DNA of 64,000 nucleotides from Octopus vulgaris (GCA_951406725.2 OX597831.1:18166001-18230000), one strand, 5' to 3'. Numbered from the stretch's first letter, positions 13,382-32,333 are shown. Made by a program: numbers and translations. Notes: a model not told the origin generated them from the sequence alone.

Positions 13382-13849
13382 ATGGCACCAACGTGGGAAA
13401 AGAAAGAGTTAGATCGTCTGCTAAGAGCATGGACAATTGCTAGTGGCGATCCGCCGAACAGCATCATCACTGCCGCGCTAAAGAACAATGGATTTCCTAG
13501 AACCATTGACCAAATAGAACGAAAGAAAGGTGAATTTATCCGGTCTTACATGCTTATAAGACCACACATCAAAACATTGGATAACATAATTGAAAATTAT
13601 TGTGGCAAGGTTGATGGGGATGAAGAGGACGAAAAAGAGAAGGAAGCCGGATGTCTCTGCTATCCAGGTGTTCCTCAGGAAAATGGATCACCTACCTCAG
13701 TGAATGACGAGGTAGTGAAGGATAGGGGAGCCAAGGGAGGAGAAACCGGAAGCCCCCCTGTACCAGTGTTCCTACAAAGAAATGAGAAATTTGAAAAACA
13801 GAAGATAAAAGGAAGAACCGAAAACAAAACTTGGAGCATGGTTACATGA
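13382..13849 (+). CDS. Truncated ORF with Myb/SANT-like (trihelix) N-terminus, probably a LINE ORF1 remnant
   Basis: MAPTWEKKELDRLLRAW...IITAALKNNGFPRTIDQIERKKGEFIRSY fits the trihelix pattern W..E...L...W / L...G..RT..Q...K...L...Y. It runs directly into RT-coding sequence at about 13826. Confidence 0.55.
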   Translation: MAPTWEKKELDRLLRAWTIASGDPPNSIITAALKNNGFPRTIDQIERKKGEFIRSYMLIRPHIKTLDNIIENYCGKVDGDEEDEKEKEAGCLCYPGVPQENGSPTSVNDEVVKDRGAKGGETGSPPVPVFLQRNEKFEKQKIKGRTENKTWSMVT

Positions 13850-14962
13850 CTTCAGGCAGTAGTGGTTAATGGAGCCACCTCTATGAACACACAAATAGTG
13901 AGCGGTGATCCACAGGGAACTGTCTTCGGACCACTGCTTTTTATAGTGTCCCTCTCAGATATGCTCACAAATGCCCGGATAGCCACTCTGGCAAGCTATG
14001 CAGACGATACGAATGTCTCGCAGTAAATACTGAAAGCCAGCGATGTTGCACACCTGGACTCGATCTACAGGTGGGCTGAGGATAATAATATGCAGTTTAA
14101 TGCTGAACAATTCCAGGCCCTGCGCTGCCAGCATCCAAAGTTGAATATTACACTTATAGGATACACCGGTCCACAGGGAATTTCAATCCCAGAGCCTGTG
14201 AGGGACCTGGGTATCGACATGAGTGATAATACCTCTTTCCAAGTGTACATTACCAGGATGGCGACAAAGTGCAGACGACTTTCTGGAATGATCCTAAGAA
14301 CATTCAGAACCAGGGATAAGGAAACCATGATGGTCCTCTGGCGGACTTTAGTCCTTAGCCGCCTGGAGTACTGCTCACAGCTATGGTCACCCACCAGTGT
14401 AAAATTAACAGCGGACCTTGAAGCAATCCAGAGAAGATTCACAAAGAAGGTCGACTCTTTGGAACAGCTCAGCTACTGAGAAAGGTTTAAACAGCTAAGA
14501 CTCTACTCCCTAGAGAGAAGACGGGAAAGGTATGCAGTAACATATGTCTGGGAGAAACTTGGAAGGAATTGTGCAAAATCTTGGCATTGTAAGCTACACC
14601 AATGCTAGAACGGGACGACACTGCATAGTGCCGAAGATCCCAGCAGTGCCATCAAGCTTGAGGACCAGCTTCTGCAACAGCCTGGGATTCAATGGTCCAC
14701 AGCAATTTAATTTTCTCCCAAAGAGCCTGAGGAATTTGCACAAAGTAGATGTAGCGGTTTTTAAATGAAAGCTGGACATCTTCCTGTCAAGTGTCCCAGA
14801 TGAACCTACCTCACGGCAAGATGTGCAAATGAGAGTAGCAATGTCAAACTCCATTCTTCACCGGGTGCCACATATTAGAGGAGGTTCTTCGTAATAACAG
14901 TGTAGCACAAAACGGCGATGCATCTGCATGGCCGCAGCTATGAGCTGAAACAAGTGAGAAAA
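13826..14962 (+). mobile_element. CR1/L2-group LINE RT 3' half, decayed (related to 51564-53646)
   Basis: Motifs SG(D)PQGTVFGPLLF, SYADDT, RDLGI, LEYCSQLWSP, LYSLERRR. It is colinear with 52455-53630, and its 3' end catggccgcagctatgagctgaaac is followed by microsatellite. Confidence 0.9.
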
Positions 14963-14984
14963 ATATATATGTGTGTGTGCGTGT

Positions 14985-15052
<68 letters not shown>

Positions 15053-15321
15053 CAGAGGTGGCCTAATCACTGCTCGTCTCTCCTCCTCGCTTCCACCTTA
15101 TGTCTTCTCTGTTACTCCAAACCTAGCAAACTGCACAAAGTGACCCTTCACACCCTTCCTCTCATCCTAAAGCTGTAAGCATTCTCCATGTTGACTCATC
15201 AGTGACCTCTTACAGCCGGCATCGACTGGGAAAAAATCCACAACTGCCCCCACTTCTCCCAGTAACTCTGAAGAAACTACCATTTATGACACTTTTCAGC
15301 TCATGAGACTGTCTAATCCCG

Positions 15322-15436
<115 letters not shown>

Positions 15437-15441
15437 AATAT

Positions 15442-15474
<33 letters not shown>

Positions 15475-15537
15475 GATATAGATATATACATATATATATA
15501 TTCATATATATATATAGATAGATAGATAGATAGATAG

Positions 15538-15583
<46 letters not shown>

Positions 15584-15805
15584 GGGGAAGAGAGAGGAGA
15601 GAGAGAGAGTGAGTGAGAGAGCGAAATGCGAAGTCTGAGGTTTCATAACAAATTCAATATCACAGTCCTCAACATATAATTATTGACCTCATCTAGACTT
15701 TGACATCTCCATAAGATCGATAAGACAGAAATTATAATTTTCACACAATGCTGCTACATTTGTCAATTTATAAATATTATGAAGAAGGAACTTATCAATT
15801 TTTAG

Positions 15806-15905
15806 GCCCAGCAATCACTAACATGGAAGAGGATTGCGCCAAACTCGCATATATCACGTGCCACAAGAGTTATAGTGAATATAAAGAACATCAAGATGAC
15901 TGCGA
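15806..15905 (+). CDS. Candidate 100-nt exon of unidentified host gene
   Basis: tttttAG acceptor and consensus GTAAGT donor at 15906. Open frame (G)PAITNMEEDCAKLAYITCHKSYSEYKEHQDDC(E), phase 1 to 2. The frame stays open upstream to about 15724, so a more 5' acceptor or start is possible. Confidence 0.55.
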
Positions 15906-16513
15906 GTAAGTATGGTATTACTATCATTAAATTAAAATAATTGAAGATGCTAATATAGACTTATACAAAAAGGTAATAACCAAAATGTATGCACAAACAC
16001 TTAAATATATTCATCGATATAAATACACACACACATATATATACATATATATATGCACACACATATAATTCGTGAATTTTGATATTATACTTTCTGGGGA
16101 AGAAGGAAGATCGAAGCTGCGTTCGAAGAAGTTACTTATGACATATTGCACGAATCTTTAGTTCGGTTTGTCCAAGAACCTGGAGTTGTCTGCGCAAATA
16201 TCTGCAACCGTCTGATGCAGCAAGAATGGAGGCAAATATCGCTCAGCTGCCGCAACGTCCCGCAATTAATTACAACCGAGACCGACTTTTTGTTCGTTGC
16301 TTATGATATCTGACTGGTTACCCAGCGATTCGGTTTCGAATCCCCGTTACGTGTTGATGCAACGTAAACGAGAACTTTGAGATTGTTCTTTTCTGCTATT
16401 CGATGAGGAAGTTACAAACAAATCGTATTACGCACGTGCAGACTACACCATTTGAGTTCTTTAACATTGGTATTGCTAGTATGTATTTAATATAGAAACA
16501 ATACACAATAGGT

Positions 16514-16810
16514 TTGTCCATCTGTGTGTCCGTCTATTCGTCTCTTTGTCTGTTCCCTCTTCACGGCCAGACGGCTGGACTAATGGTTATGATATTTTGG
16601 TGGTTTACAAAGACGGCCATCGGGAAACTTTTTAGCATTAAAAAATCTGACAGTATGATTATTTCGCTGATGTCAATTCTTGAATTGGTAAACCGCATTC
16701 GCATTTTTATTAAGAATTCACTGACCACGAGTAACTCTGGGTTTTCCTCTTGTAACTCGTGCCTATATCGTAGATACGAAGGGGGTCGCGAGGGCAGTTA
16801 ATAGCAAAAA
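16514..16810 (+). mobile_element. Helentron/DINE-1-like non-autonomous element (tentative)
   Basis: GTCY-type microsatellite (tgtccatctgtgtgtccgtct...gtctgt) followed by cacggccagacggctggac and a GC-rich 3' end, resembling Helentron-associated MITEs. Confidence 0.4.
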
Positions 16811-17249
16811 TAAAATGGAAAGTGTGTGTGTCAGTATGTAGAGTGCGATTATTTAGTGGTTATTGAGACGTGTCAGTTACGGGCTGGATGCAAAACGGCT
16901 AGTCGAAGCGGCTGTTGTTTACATCTCAGTTTTGTCAATCAAAATAAATGATGGTCACGGAACATTCAGACAATATTCTCATGGAGCATTGAGAGGTAGC
17001 TTTTAGCTTTATTATTTGCATCCCTAAAGATCCTCTCATGCAGTCATAGCAGACAGTGTCAGATTGGAGATCGTGTTTCTGTATTTATAAACACCTTTGT
17101 TATGACTTCCCTCACTCATTTTATGCCTCCATCGTAGATAGGGAGATTTACTAGCATAGATCTAATACAAATATACACACACTCATATATACATACATAC
17201 AAATATATATGTATGTATATATACATGTATTCATGCATATATGCTAACG

Positions 17250-17317
<68 letters not shown>

Positions 17318-19159
17318 AATGTTTGTATGTATACACATAAAAACAGGAAGTTTCAATGGAAAATCTATTAGTAATATTAATTCACAATTACATATGATAA
17401 TAAGAATTACTAAGAGTTACATGTGTAAGGATTATCTTAATAACAATTCTGAATTAAACAGAGGATTAAATTAGGATTATCGCACACTTGGTTGAAGAAT
17501 CTATGTTAACAAAGAAAATTGTATATCTTATAGAAGTTATGTTAGGAACTTTGAGAAATACGTTTATTTTATTCAACTCAGAAATAATACGTACTTAATA
17601 AATATAAATATATGGGTCGACGGCTGCAATTTCATTTTAAAAGGTTTTAAATATACCTACATGTACATACATACTAACATTCCAATATAAATACAGACAC
17701 ACATACAACGTACGTGCAAAAATGTGTGTTAGTGTGTGTACGTGTGTGTATGTGTGTGTATGCATGAATGCATGTATGCATCTGAAGTTTTACTGATAAA
17801 CTTTTCCCACATGCGACACATTGCATTTAACATAAAACATTTTTTGATGACGAATCCATGATGATTCCCACAAAAACAAACGGATGGTTACATAGTTTAT
17901 AGATTTCTAGTTATACCTACATCAATGTTTTATTTCGCTGTTTACAATTTCATTACCCAATTGGTGTATTATATTTCCTGAAATACGTATTTTCCAGGGT
18001 TGTAGAAACGTTTCTGAAATGCTTTAATATCGTAAATGTGTCTCCTTGTTACAAGATCTATAAAGGAATGCAAAGATGCCCAGTAAGTAGTCATCACTAT
18101 AAATATAGCGGAAGATTAAGTGAATTTGCTTCTTTTATTCGATGCCGCATTGATTTTAAACTGGTTCTTGGTGAGAATTATCTTATCCCTATCAAGAAAT
18201 TTATATATCTCAAAATTAAACAAATCGTATTATGTAAGAGCAGACCACACAAGTTGAGTTCTTTAACAATGGTATTGCTAATATATATTTGATATAGAAA
18301 CAATACACAATAGGTTTGGAGAACTTTGCTGATTTTGAGGCAGGATGTAAGTGTATATGTTACCTCACAATATCAATCAAGTCGATATACACGAGATAGA
18401 TTTGAAACTTGTTTGTGAAGGACGCTACATGTTATATGTTGTGACTTTTAATTCAAAAATGAAGCAGATAAGCGAAATTTTCTACACATGTTTCATCACT
18501 TTATTGGTATTGGAAGTCATAGAAATGGTTGCGAAGAATTATTCATGAGAAAACAACTCTATACATATGTCCTAGTAGTTCGTTAAAAATAACAGAAAGA
18601 AAGTTAGCTTTTTCACACTGGGTTTTACGTCCAACATAAAGTTAAGGTAAAAGTATTTTCCTGGGCATGCGCTTCGGTTCCAGACTTTATAAAATTGATA
18701 CATGGTTGTTTGAGCATAACCAAAATTTGGACTGTGTATTCTACATACATGAAACGACACCACAGTAACGTCTGATATGTTTTATAATCTTCTTCACTTG
18801 TAGCAAAGATCCTAAATTAAATAAATATTTTAATAATATTTTTAAGTATATTAACATTATTAAGCACAATTCAACGATTAGTTACTCAAATAAAACAGAC
18901 CTTCAAGAAAAATATGTATTATGTTTCAATGATATAAATTTCCTTTGGTAATGAACTACGAAACTTGCTGCAAGAAGGTACATGGTAAACGACATTCTAC
19001 CCTTTGATAATCAACTAATGCACAGATTACGTTAATTACGTTTTTCATAACGAGCCTTGTATGATGTAATTGTTATCCATGTCATTGCGATACATTTGTC
19101 GAGATACATTCAATTCAAATTAATTGTGCTATTTCAATTTCAAGATTTTTCTTCTGTAG

Positions 19160-19198
19160 GTACAGGCTCCCAAGAAAAGCTCTTCTAACCAAGATAAG
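19160..19198 (+). CDS. Candidate 39-nt exon of unidentified host gene
   Basis: tttttcttctgtAG acceptor and AG|GTACGT donor. Phase 2/2 reading (E)YRLPRKALLTKI(R) is in frame with both neighbours. Confidence 0.55.
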
Positions 19199-19261
19199 GT
19201 ACGTGACTTCTTTGTGACCGCGCCAGTAACAATATAATTTTCTTACAATATACAAGATGTC

Positions 19262-19477
19262 AAAGGTGAGCTGGCAGAATCTTTAGCACTCCGAGCGAAA
19301 TGCTTAGTGGTATTTCGTCTATCTTTGTGTTCTGATCTCAAATACCTCCGAGGTCGACTGGGCCTTTCATCATTTCGGGGTCAATAAATCAGGCACCAGT
19401 TGCATAATGGTGTCGATCTAGTCGACTCTTCACGTCCTCAAAGAAATCGGGCCTTGTTCCTAGAGTAGAAAAGGATT
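19262..19477 (+). mobile_element. tRNA-derived SINE, family 1
   Basis: ggtgagctggcagaatc (A-box-like), a degenerate B box, and the central motif gaggtcgac..gcctttcatc.tttcggggtc.ataaa. Homologous copies lie at 34.4, 37.6, 37.9 and 61.6 kb. Confidence 0.85.
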
Positions 19478-19500
19478 TATGAGATGTCACATCCATTAAA

Positions 19501-19537
<37 letters not shown>

Positions 19538-19861
19538 GTGTAGCCGTTATTACAAAATGCTATTTTGCCTTACACAAAGTGTATCATAGATATACTTTTT
19601 TTATACATGTTTAAAGTTTTTCTTTTCTGATTTCTTTGCAGATAACCTTTGCTGCAGTGACTCTTAATTCATTTGTGATTATATTATTAAAACATAAGTA
19701 AGAAAACGATATTGAAATTATGTTGTCCGGAATATATTCTAAAATTATTACTGATGTCACAGTTTTGTATGCCAGAAATATATTATAATGAAAAGAATTA
19801 AATACCTGAATTGTATTAGCTTTTCTGTCGATCTTTCTGAAGCTTTGAAAATTCAGCAGCA

Positions 19862-20761
19862 CACGAGAGGGTACCAGAAAGTAAATGCAAACGTTCTATA
19901 TGGGACAAATACGTTCTAGTTAAAGCTTCCGCCACTAGAAACTTCTTCATATCGCCCTCAGGTATCAATCTGCTGACCAGCGTCATTGGGTTCCGTCGTA
20001 TAACCACGTGATGCGTATTCGTTTTGCAGTACTTCTCCTTTGTTCGTCGATTTCTGCGATGGCTGAAACGAAAGAAAACGTGTCTCCATGAAGTTGTTTT
20101 CCGCTCGTTAAAATAGTCGTCGAAGCAGTTTTCAAGCTTCAAACAACTCACTAAGACGCTGCTATGCAAACAATACAAGCTTATGCGTTGTTTCCAAATT
20201 ACAGGAATTGATAGTTGTCGCTTGAAGACTATCCTTGTTCGGGAGTACTATCGACCTCCCGAACGAAAAAATACGCCATGTAAATTCATGAACTGGAAGA
20301 TCGTCAATGAAAAATTGACGAACTTGTTGATATGATCGGTGTGTCACGGTGCTTCTGCCAATGAATTTTGAGCGAGGAATTGCAAATGAAATGGGTTCCA
20401 GGGAAATGTGTGCCTCGTCTTTTCACGAAAGGTCAAAAGCACTCACGACTAGATGCAAGTGGTGAAATGAAAGAACAGTTGGAAGTTGATCGATATGTTG
20501 TTTCGAAGGTTATCACAAGTGATGAAAGCGGGTGCTACGAAATTTACAGATGTCAACATCTGAAAAGCAAAAACGACGGATGCGTTAAAAAGCATACTTT
20601 TGCAAGAGTTGCAGCATTCTTTTGAATACTGGAAAATGCATCTGCACCAATGCGCTGCTTGAAATGGAGAACTCTTTGAAGGCGATAAAACTATAAGGAT
20701 CTAAATCTAAGTGAATAAAATAGCATCACAATATCCCGATTCTTTTCAATACCACCTCGAA
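19862..20761 (+). mobile_element. Decayed, internally deleted mariner
   Basis: Ends resemble mariner TIRs (cgagagggtaccagaaagt ... ttcttttcaataccacctcg). ORF 20368..20625 has GKCVPRLFT (WVP motif) and VITSDES (first catalytic D). Confidence 0.75.
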
Positions 20762-20790
20762 TGTGTTTGCCTGCATGAATGCAAGAAAAA

Positions 20791-20854
<64 letters not shown>

Positions 20855-20899
20855 TATGTGTGGGTGCGCGCACGCGTGTGCTCGCGTGTTCGCATCACA

Positions 20900-21068
20900 A
20901 CAGGTGTTGGTGTAATTAAGTCCTGTTTATTTAGTGTTTCGGGAAAAGAGATCTTTAGAATAAGTAACAAGCATAACAATATATTGCTATCGAATGATTC
21001 GGTTGCAAATTATTGAAGGCGGTCTCCAAGCATGTTGGAGTCTGTTGACTGAAACAAGTAAAAGATAT
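20900..21068 (+). mobile_element. 3' fragment of SINE family 2
   Basis: ttagaataagta...gaaggcggt...gcatg...gactgaaacaagtaaaaga matches the 3' half of the SINE at 38788-39172. Confidence 0.6.
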
Positions 21069-23047
21069 ATCTGCATATGTGTGTGTGCGTGTCTGCATGT
21101 GTGTGTGTGTGTGTGTGAGTGTGTGTGTGTGTGTGTGCGTGTGTGTATGTGCGTGTATAGAAGCACCTTGTGAATTTTAAGTTTGTTTAAATGAAGCCAT
21201 TTTGCATTTTAGCTGAGTTAGCCTCGATTTTGAAATTTTGTAACAGTTTTGCATTTCAGAATACTTTACTACAGATGTTTTATAAGTCACACTTACAAAA
21301 ATACTCTTAAATTACTAATCTTTATCTTCCATCATTATCATGATTTTTCATATCGTCACTATTGCTTCCATTATTTACAAAAAGAAATACACATGTTAAA
21401 TATAAAATTAGGTAGATATTACATACAATAAGATCTAAGGAAGGACACTTTAGAAAGGCGATCAACACTGCATGAAAACACACAATTTGACGAAACACAC
21501 CGAAATCAATTGTAATGCAAATAAAATAGATTACATATCACGACAATGGTTTCGACACATCTAGCATTGATTCCACTCGGGTGGGGCACTCACCAACTGG
21601 TTCAGGAGGATTCTGATTCAGTTGTGGTGCAGATGTATCTAGTCGGATGATAAATAAATACAACTCGTTAAAATGACTGTTCCCCAATGTATCTTACCAT
21701 TTTGTAGAGAGAAAAGCAGCCAGACGAAGGAAATATCTTCAATTCAAAGATGGCAAAAAGAGAAAAAAACACGCAACCTAGCGTGTGTGTGTGCATGTGT
21801 GTGTATATGAGTGTGTGTGTGTGCGTGTGAATGTGTGTGTGCATGTAAAATATATATGTGCATGGCTATTTCCCTTTTTTTCCAAACCCTTAAATATTTA
21901 TCAATTCTCAATGGATTGTCTGCACATATGTTGTTTTCCATATTGATAGCTAACATTGCATTCGTTTCTCCGAAAGTTTTACCATTAACAAGAGAGTTGC
22001 ATTTAAATCTATGAAGTACTTGGACATGAAATTAGTCACCGTTCTCATAAGCGAAAATGGAAACTGTTTTCTAGCATACTTGCCATCGCAACCCATCAGA
22101 CCATCATCGAAAGTGAAGGCGGGATGGATATAGTGTATTGAAAAAAAGAAATAATGAAAGCAATCACATAAAGTACTTTCCTTTGTTTATAAAGAATTTA
22201 ATAAATCTGAACAGAACAAATAGAAAGGGAGCTTAACAATTTTTAAACGCAAACTGTAGCGCTAGTACATCAAAGGGACGAAAAAAATTTTCATTTTCAT
22301 ACGTCCTGCATCACGGAAGAACGCAGGGGAATGAATGTAGTGACTCTACGGCAGAGGTATAATCCCTGTAACTCAGGAATATGTGAGTAGGCACGTCAGG
22401 CGCCCAGTAAAGTGTTGTTCAAGGCAGAAATGATTGAGTAATGCATTCTTCGACAATATTACGATCGGAAAAATGTACGGGGAAAATAATGTTGTCTGCA
22501 CTGACCTGCCGAAAATGAATTTTATAATCTACTGCCACACCAATTACTAGTTGTATTCATTGCCTTGATCCAGATAAATTCAATTACAATGTTAAAATGG
22601 TCTCGATGTCCGCCCTCAGGACATTGGTTTAAATATATTTGCTAAGAATACGTAAGTTAATAAGCTTCTGACTTAGTACTTTCCAAACTACTAAGTATGA
22701 TATTTGACATCAGTGTGCCAAATTTTAGAAAAATGAAGTTTTGGAAAAATTTGAGTTTAAGACTTGTGTTAAATATAACCAAATCAATCGCATATGCAGG
22801 CAAATATTAATAAAACACTCAGTTTTAAACGAATTTGGTTAACTATATCTAGCTATAAGATACTAGTAAATATAATTAGAATGCACATCCGAAGTAATTG
22901 CTCGTGTATGATAAGTAGGTCCAAATATCCTTTAGAAACTCAAGAAATTCAGGGAATTGGACAACAAAAGTACATTCAGAGAGAATCACATCTTTAATTG
23001 TAGAATTCGTCTTACAAAGCCGACAGGTTTTCCTTTTGTATTTACAG

Positions 23048-23117
23048 GGACGCTGCTGGAGCTCGAAGGATTGATCGTTATGTAAACCTCCTCGAGGAAA
23101 ATGAAGGTCCTACTTAA
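23048..23117 (+). CDS. Candidate terminal coding exon of unidentified host gene
   Basis: ttttccttttgtatttacAG acceptor; phase 2 reading (R)DAAGARRIDRYVNLLEENEGPT ending in TAA (23115-23117). AATAAA near 23652 is a possible poly(A) signal. Confidence 0.55.
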
Positions 23118-23699
23118 TCACTAAAGGGATTTTTTAGCATATTGTATTGTGTTTTTTAATATTGTGTGTGAATGTTGGACACTCGTCGCTAATCTCTAGC
23201 TATTTCATTTGCTATTACCTTTAATCGGGCATTTCTGTATACGTGTTTGACATAATGTTGTACAGAAGCATTTGCACGTTTCCAGTAATCTCTTGTCTCA
23301 GTAGAAGTCCTTCTTATCTTCAATAATTGGGATTTCGGACTTGACTGAACTATATGATGGCTGAACGATATGATGAACTAGGCATTTGCAGCAGCCATGG
23401 AGTTAAATGTGGGATAACGTGGGCTTGCAAAAAAAAGTCTGCCACTATTCTGCTTACAGAAGTCTTAAATTATGTGTCCAAAATTCAACACTACTTTTTG
23501 AAAAATGAGACGTAACTTGTATGTTTGACTGAATGCCATATTGTTTAGCATAACACACACAGAAATTCAACAAGTCAATTAAACTATCCTATGATCGTTC
23601 TCAGACATCATCTATAAAAAAGACTATGAAGGGATTTGAATGTCCGTCATGAATAAATTAGCTAAATGAACTGCCATTTAAGCATCACGCCGTTCAAAG

Positions 23700-24205
23700 A
23701 GCAAAGACATAGAATAAGCAAATTGGAGAAGGAATAACCGAAATTATGAATTGCAAAATCCTGTGGGATTTAATGATCCAATGAGATCACGTGACCAGAC
23801 ACCGGGCACTGGTTAGAGTTGTGGGGATTAGAAAAGAAAAAACGTGTGATTTTCGACATAGCGTACCCCGTTGACAGCAAGATCAATGTGAAAGAAAGAC
23901 ACTATGACGGATTGAAGTGGGAAATACGAATGTTGTGGTCATTGAAGAGAGTAGACGTAATACCAATAGTAATTGGTGCACGTGGAATTGTCAGCACTCA
24001 GCTGCTAGCATGACCGTAAACGATTGGTACAAGTATGAAGTAAGAGCACCTACGAAAATCGACCTTTCTTAGAACTGCAAAAATTGTTCTCAGGGTTCCT
24101 GAAGCAAAACCAATAAGCAAGTGTCACCTTAGATTTCTGCCTGTGGACAGCTGACACTTTGCATCATACCCAGCAATGTAGGCTGTGAGTTTCAATCACG
24201 ATAAT
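23700..24205 (+). mobile_element. Old R4/Dong-type RLE retrotransposon 3' fragment
   Basis: KILWD, IFDIAYPVD, Y.GLKWEIRMLW, VIPIVIGARG: the C-terminus of a restriction-like endonuclease. Its 3' end abuts (TAA)n. Confidence 0.75.
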
Positions 24206-24206
24206 G

Positions 24207-24284
<78 letters not shown>

Positions 24285-24463
24285 TAATAATAAAAATAAT
24301 AATAATAATAATGATGATAATAATAATAATGATAATAATAATTATAATAATAATAATAATGATAATAATAATAACATTAATAAAAATAATAATAATGATA
24401 ATAATAATGATAATAATAATGATAATAATAATGATAATGATGATAATAATAATAATAATAATG

Positions 24464-24518
<55 letters not shown>

Positions 24519-24530
24519 TAACAATAATAA
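24200..24530. repeat. (TAA)n/(TGA) microsatellite; further (TAA)n tracts at 27355-27492, 29048-29180, 29737-29820 and 31870-31975
   Basis: Direct inspection. Confidence 0.95.
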
Positions 24531-24553
24531 AAAAAATTTCTTTTTTTTTTTTT

Positions 24554-29736
<5,183 letters not shown>

Positions 29737-30055
29737 ATAATAATAATAATTATTATTATAATGATAATAATAAGGATAATAATAAGGACAATAATAATGA
29801 TAATAATAATAAAATTAATAATACGAAAAAGAAGAAGAAGAAGAAAAAGAATGAGAAGGATAAGAAGAAGAACAACAACAACATCAACAACAACAACTCC
29901 ATGATCACCATTAATTAATTAACGCAAATCCATGTCTTAGCTGAAATATATCACCGTATATATAACTATGACATGTCAAATATATAGCTGAAACGTCAAA
30001 TAATTCAGTTCGACTGGTAATAACTAAATAAGATGTAAACGAACTATCATTGCAG

Positions 30056-30102
30056 ATGAAACATGTTTTGCACGATATTCGATTATTCGAGAAATACGAT
30101 GT
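30056..30102 (+). CDS. Candidate small exon
   Basis: cattgcAG acceptor and GTAAGT donor at 30103. Open in two frames (xETCFARYSIIREIRC or MKHVLHDIRLFEKYD). Confidence 0.25.
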
Positions 30103-31888
30103 GTAAGTGACTTGGACAACATCAGATTTTGTGTATCAGACCTAACGCAATGACAATGCTTTCCCTGTATATTCTTTTTCTTCTTTTGTGTAAGTAGTTC
30201 TATTACTTATTTCATTGCCATATTTAAAAAAGGGAATGAGTAAATGAGTCTGCGGTATTTATTTTCGATTTGTTTATTAGCCACAAGGGGCCAATTATAC
30301 GGGGAGACAAACAAGGACAGGCATGACACCACAGAAGGGACACCACATAGAACGAATATGAAAGATGATTATATAATAATGGGGTTAAGTATGGCTGCAT
30401 GCGTCCCTCATCACATGCATCACCATTAATTTGTTTAACTGTCCTTTCTTATCATGGATTTACATAACAATTAATTATCGTTACTTTCTTAACTGTATAC
30501 TCAGTGATGACGCAGCATTCTTATTAACTAAATTATTTGCATATCTTCAGACGTCATCAAAATTATATAATTTTGTTTAGTTAGAATATATTTTTTTCTT
30601 TAATGTTCATTTTGTATGCGCTCACCCCACAATGGGAACCACTTTCTTGTATTTTTCTCTTGTTTTTGTACACCGTAGAAGCATTTTCAGGATATAAATT
30701 GATATGTAAGGACTGTATATGTTTGCTCATGTTATGTAGGATTATTATCTAGGAAAGACACACCTGCTTTATTCTTTATTCTTAGGCCCACGTCATCGTA
30801 TAGAATGTTATCAACAAAATGTCTCCATTATGTCGGTGAGTTTCATTATATTGTACATAGCGATATGAATCCAGTATGTTTGGGATTAGCCATGGTACGA
30901 TGGAATCTTGACTCGTGTGCAATGCTAACACATTAGTGGCAGCGATTTTGACGAAATTTGATGTTGGCTAATTACATTTGAGCATGGACGGTGGATGTAG
31001 CCTGTAAGGGTGCAAGAAGGGGACTTAAATACTATACATGAACACATGAGCCTGAAAGTAAACAACAGAGAAAACCAATGGGAACCTAATCTGTGGAAGC
31101 CATCTTTAATATCCCTAATATCCTTTACCCATCTCTTGATATCTGATGAGAGAGACGCACTTAACACTCGCGAAAATTAAATAACGATGTGTCTATGCGT
31201 GCATATATATAAGGAGAAAATGGAGCATTGTAACTGATAGAATTGAATTTATTACCAAATCGTCAAAATACTATGTTGCCTACAATTGTTTCCATACTCA
31301 ACTCATTCAATTACAAATTAATAAATTCAGAACTGCATCTTGAAATAGTGAGTTATATATTTCCTCTGGGTGAGAATTAGACACGAAAAGAATCATAATA
31401 GAAACGACCGGGGGATCATCAACACACTCACTATGACAATAATATCAGTGGTTGTGCGTGTTAATGTTTAAAAGAAAACAATTATATATTTATGTCCTTT
31501 GTTCTTATTTATTCGTATGCGTGCGTGTGCTAAATTTATTTGCGCGTCTGCAAGTCAGACATTATCAGCTATGCTAGATACTCTAATGTAGTTGATACCC
31601 ATTGTAATCTTTGAATTGATGAAATCTTCCAAATTTTAAAATGTATGCACCAATGCCTTAACTGTACGTGTGAAAATTTTTTAGCATATGCGCACACATT
31701 TCAAGTGGTATACAAAAAATTGAGACAGGAATAAAATGAAATAAGAACTATGATGAACTATATAATCTAATATATATTAGATATAAATAGGTATTATGAA
31801 GTACTATTACAATAATATATTAAGATATGTGGAATAAAATATTAAAAAAATTAATTATTAGATATAATTCAATAATAATAAAAATAAA

Positions 31889-31974
<86 letters not shown>

Positions 31975-31975
<1 letters not shown>

Positions 31976-32035
31976 CCGGCTATGGAAAATGAAGAAGAAC
32001 ATTGTACCAATTATTGGCTCCTAGGGGACAGTATT
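31975..32035 (+). mobile_element. Tiny R4/Dong C-terminal remnant at a (TAA)n tract
   Basis: RLWKMKKNIVPIIGS*GT parallels RMWNLKAETIPIIVGALG of the element at 24.5-27.4 kb. Confidence 0.5.
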
Positions 32036-32300
32036 AGACGTATCAAGAGGATTGTATATATATATATATACAGATTAGTTAGGTACTTAGTTTGAGGCAC
32101 CATAATTTAGTAAGGCATTATCCATACAGTTTTAAAATAAGGTGAGTAAAGTAAAATCAACATAAGCAACAGGATATCCGGTGGTGATGCAGTACGCTCG
32201 TTTCAAGCGACTCCATTTAATTGAACAATGCAACCATTACATCAATTTAAATGCAGAGCAATCCTAAGCTCCATAAATATTTTGATATATACACATACAT

Positions 32301-32333
<33 letters not shown>

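Noticed and set aside
19262-19345. tRNA genes at A-box/B-box-like motifs (also 37.7, 39.1 and 61.7 kb)
   Set aside because: No complete cloverleaf; each continues into shared SINE body sequence.
30880-31170. Possible RTE-type LINE 3' remnant
   Set aside because: Only vague motif resemblance and ambiguous strand; insufficient support.
31270-31340. Minus-strand GAAAC AATT GTA (similar GAAAC CATT GTC near 21540-21555)
   Set aside because: No matching CUGANGA and stem I could be found; at most heavily decayed pLTR remnants.
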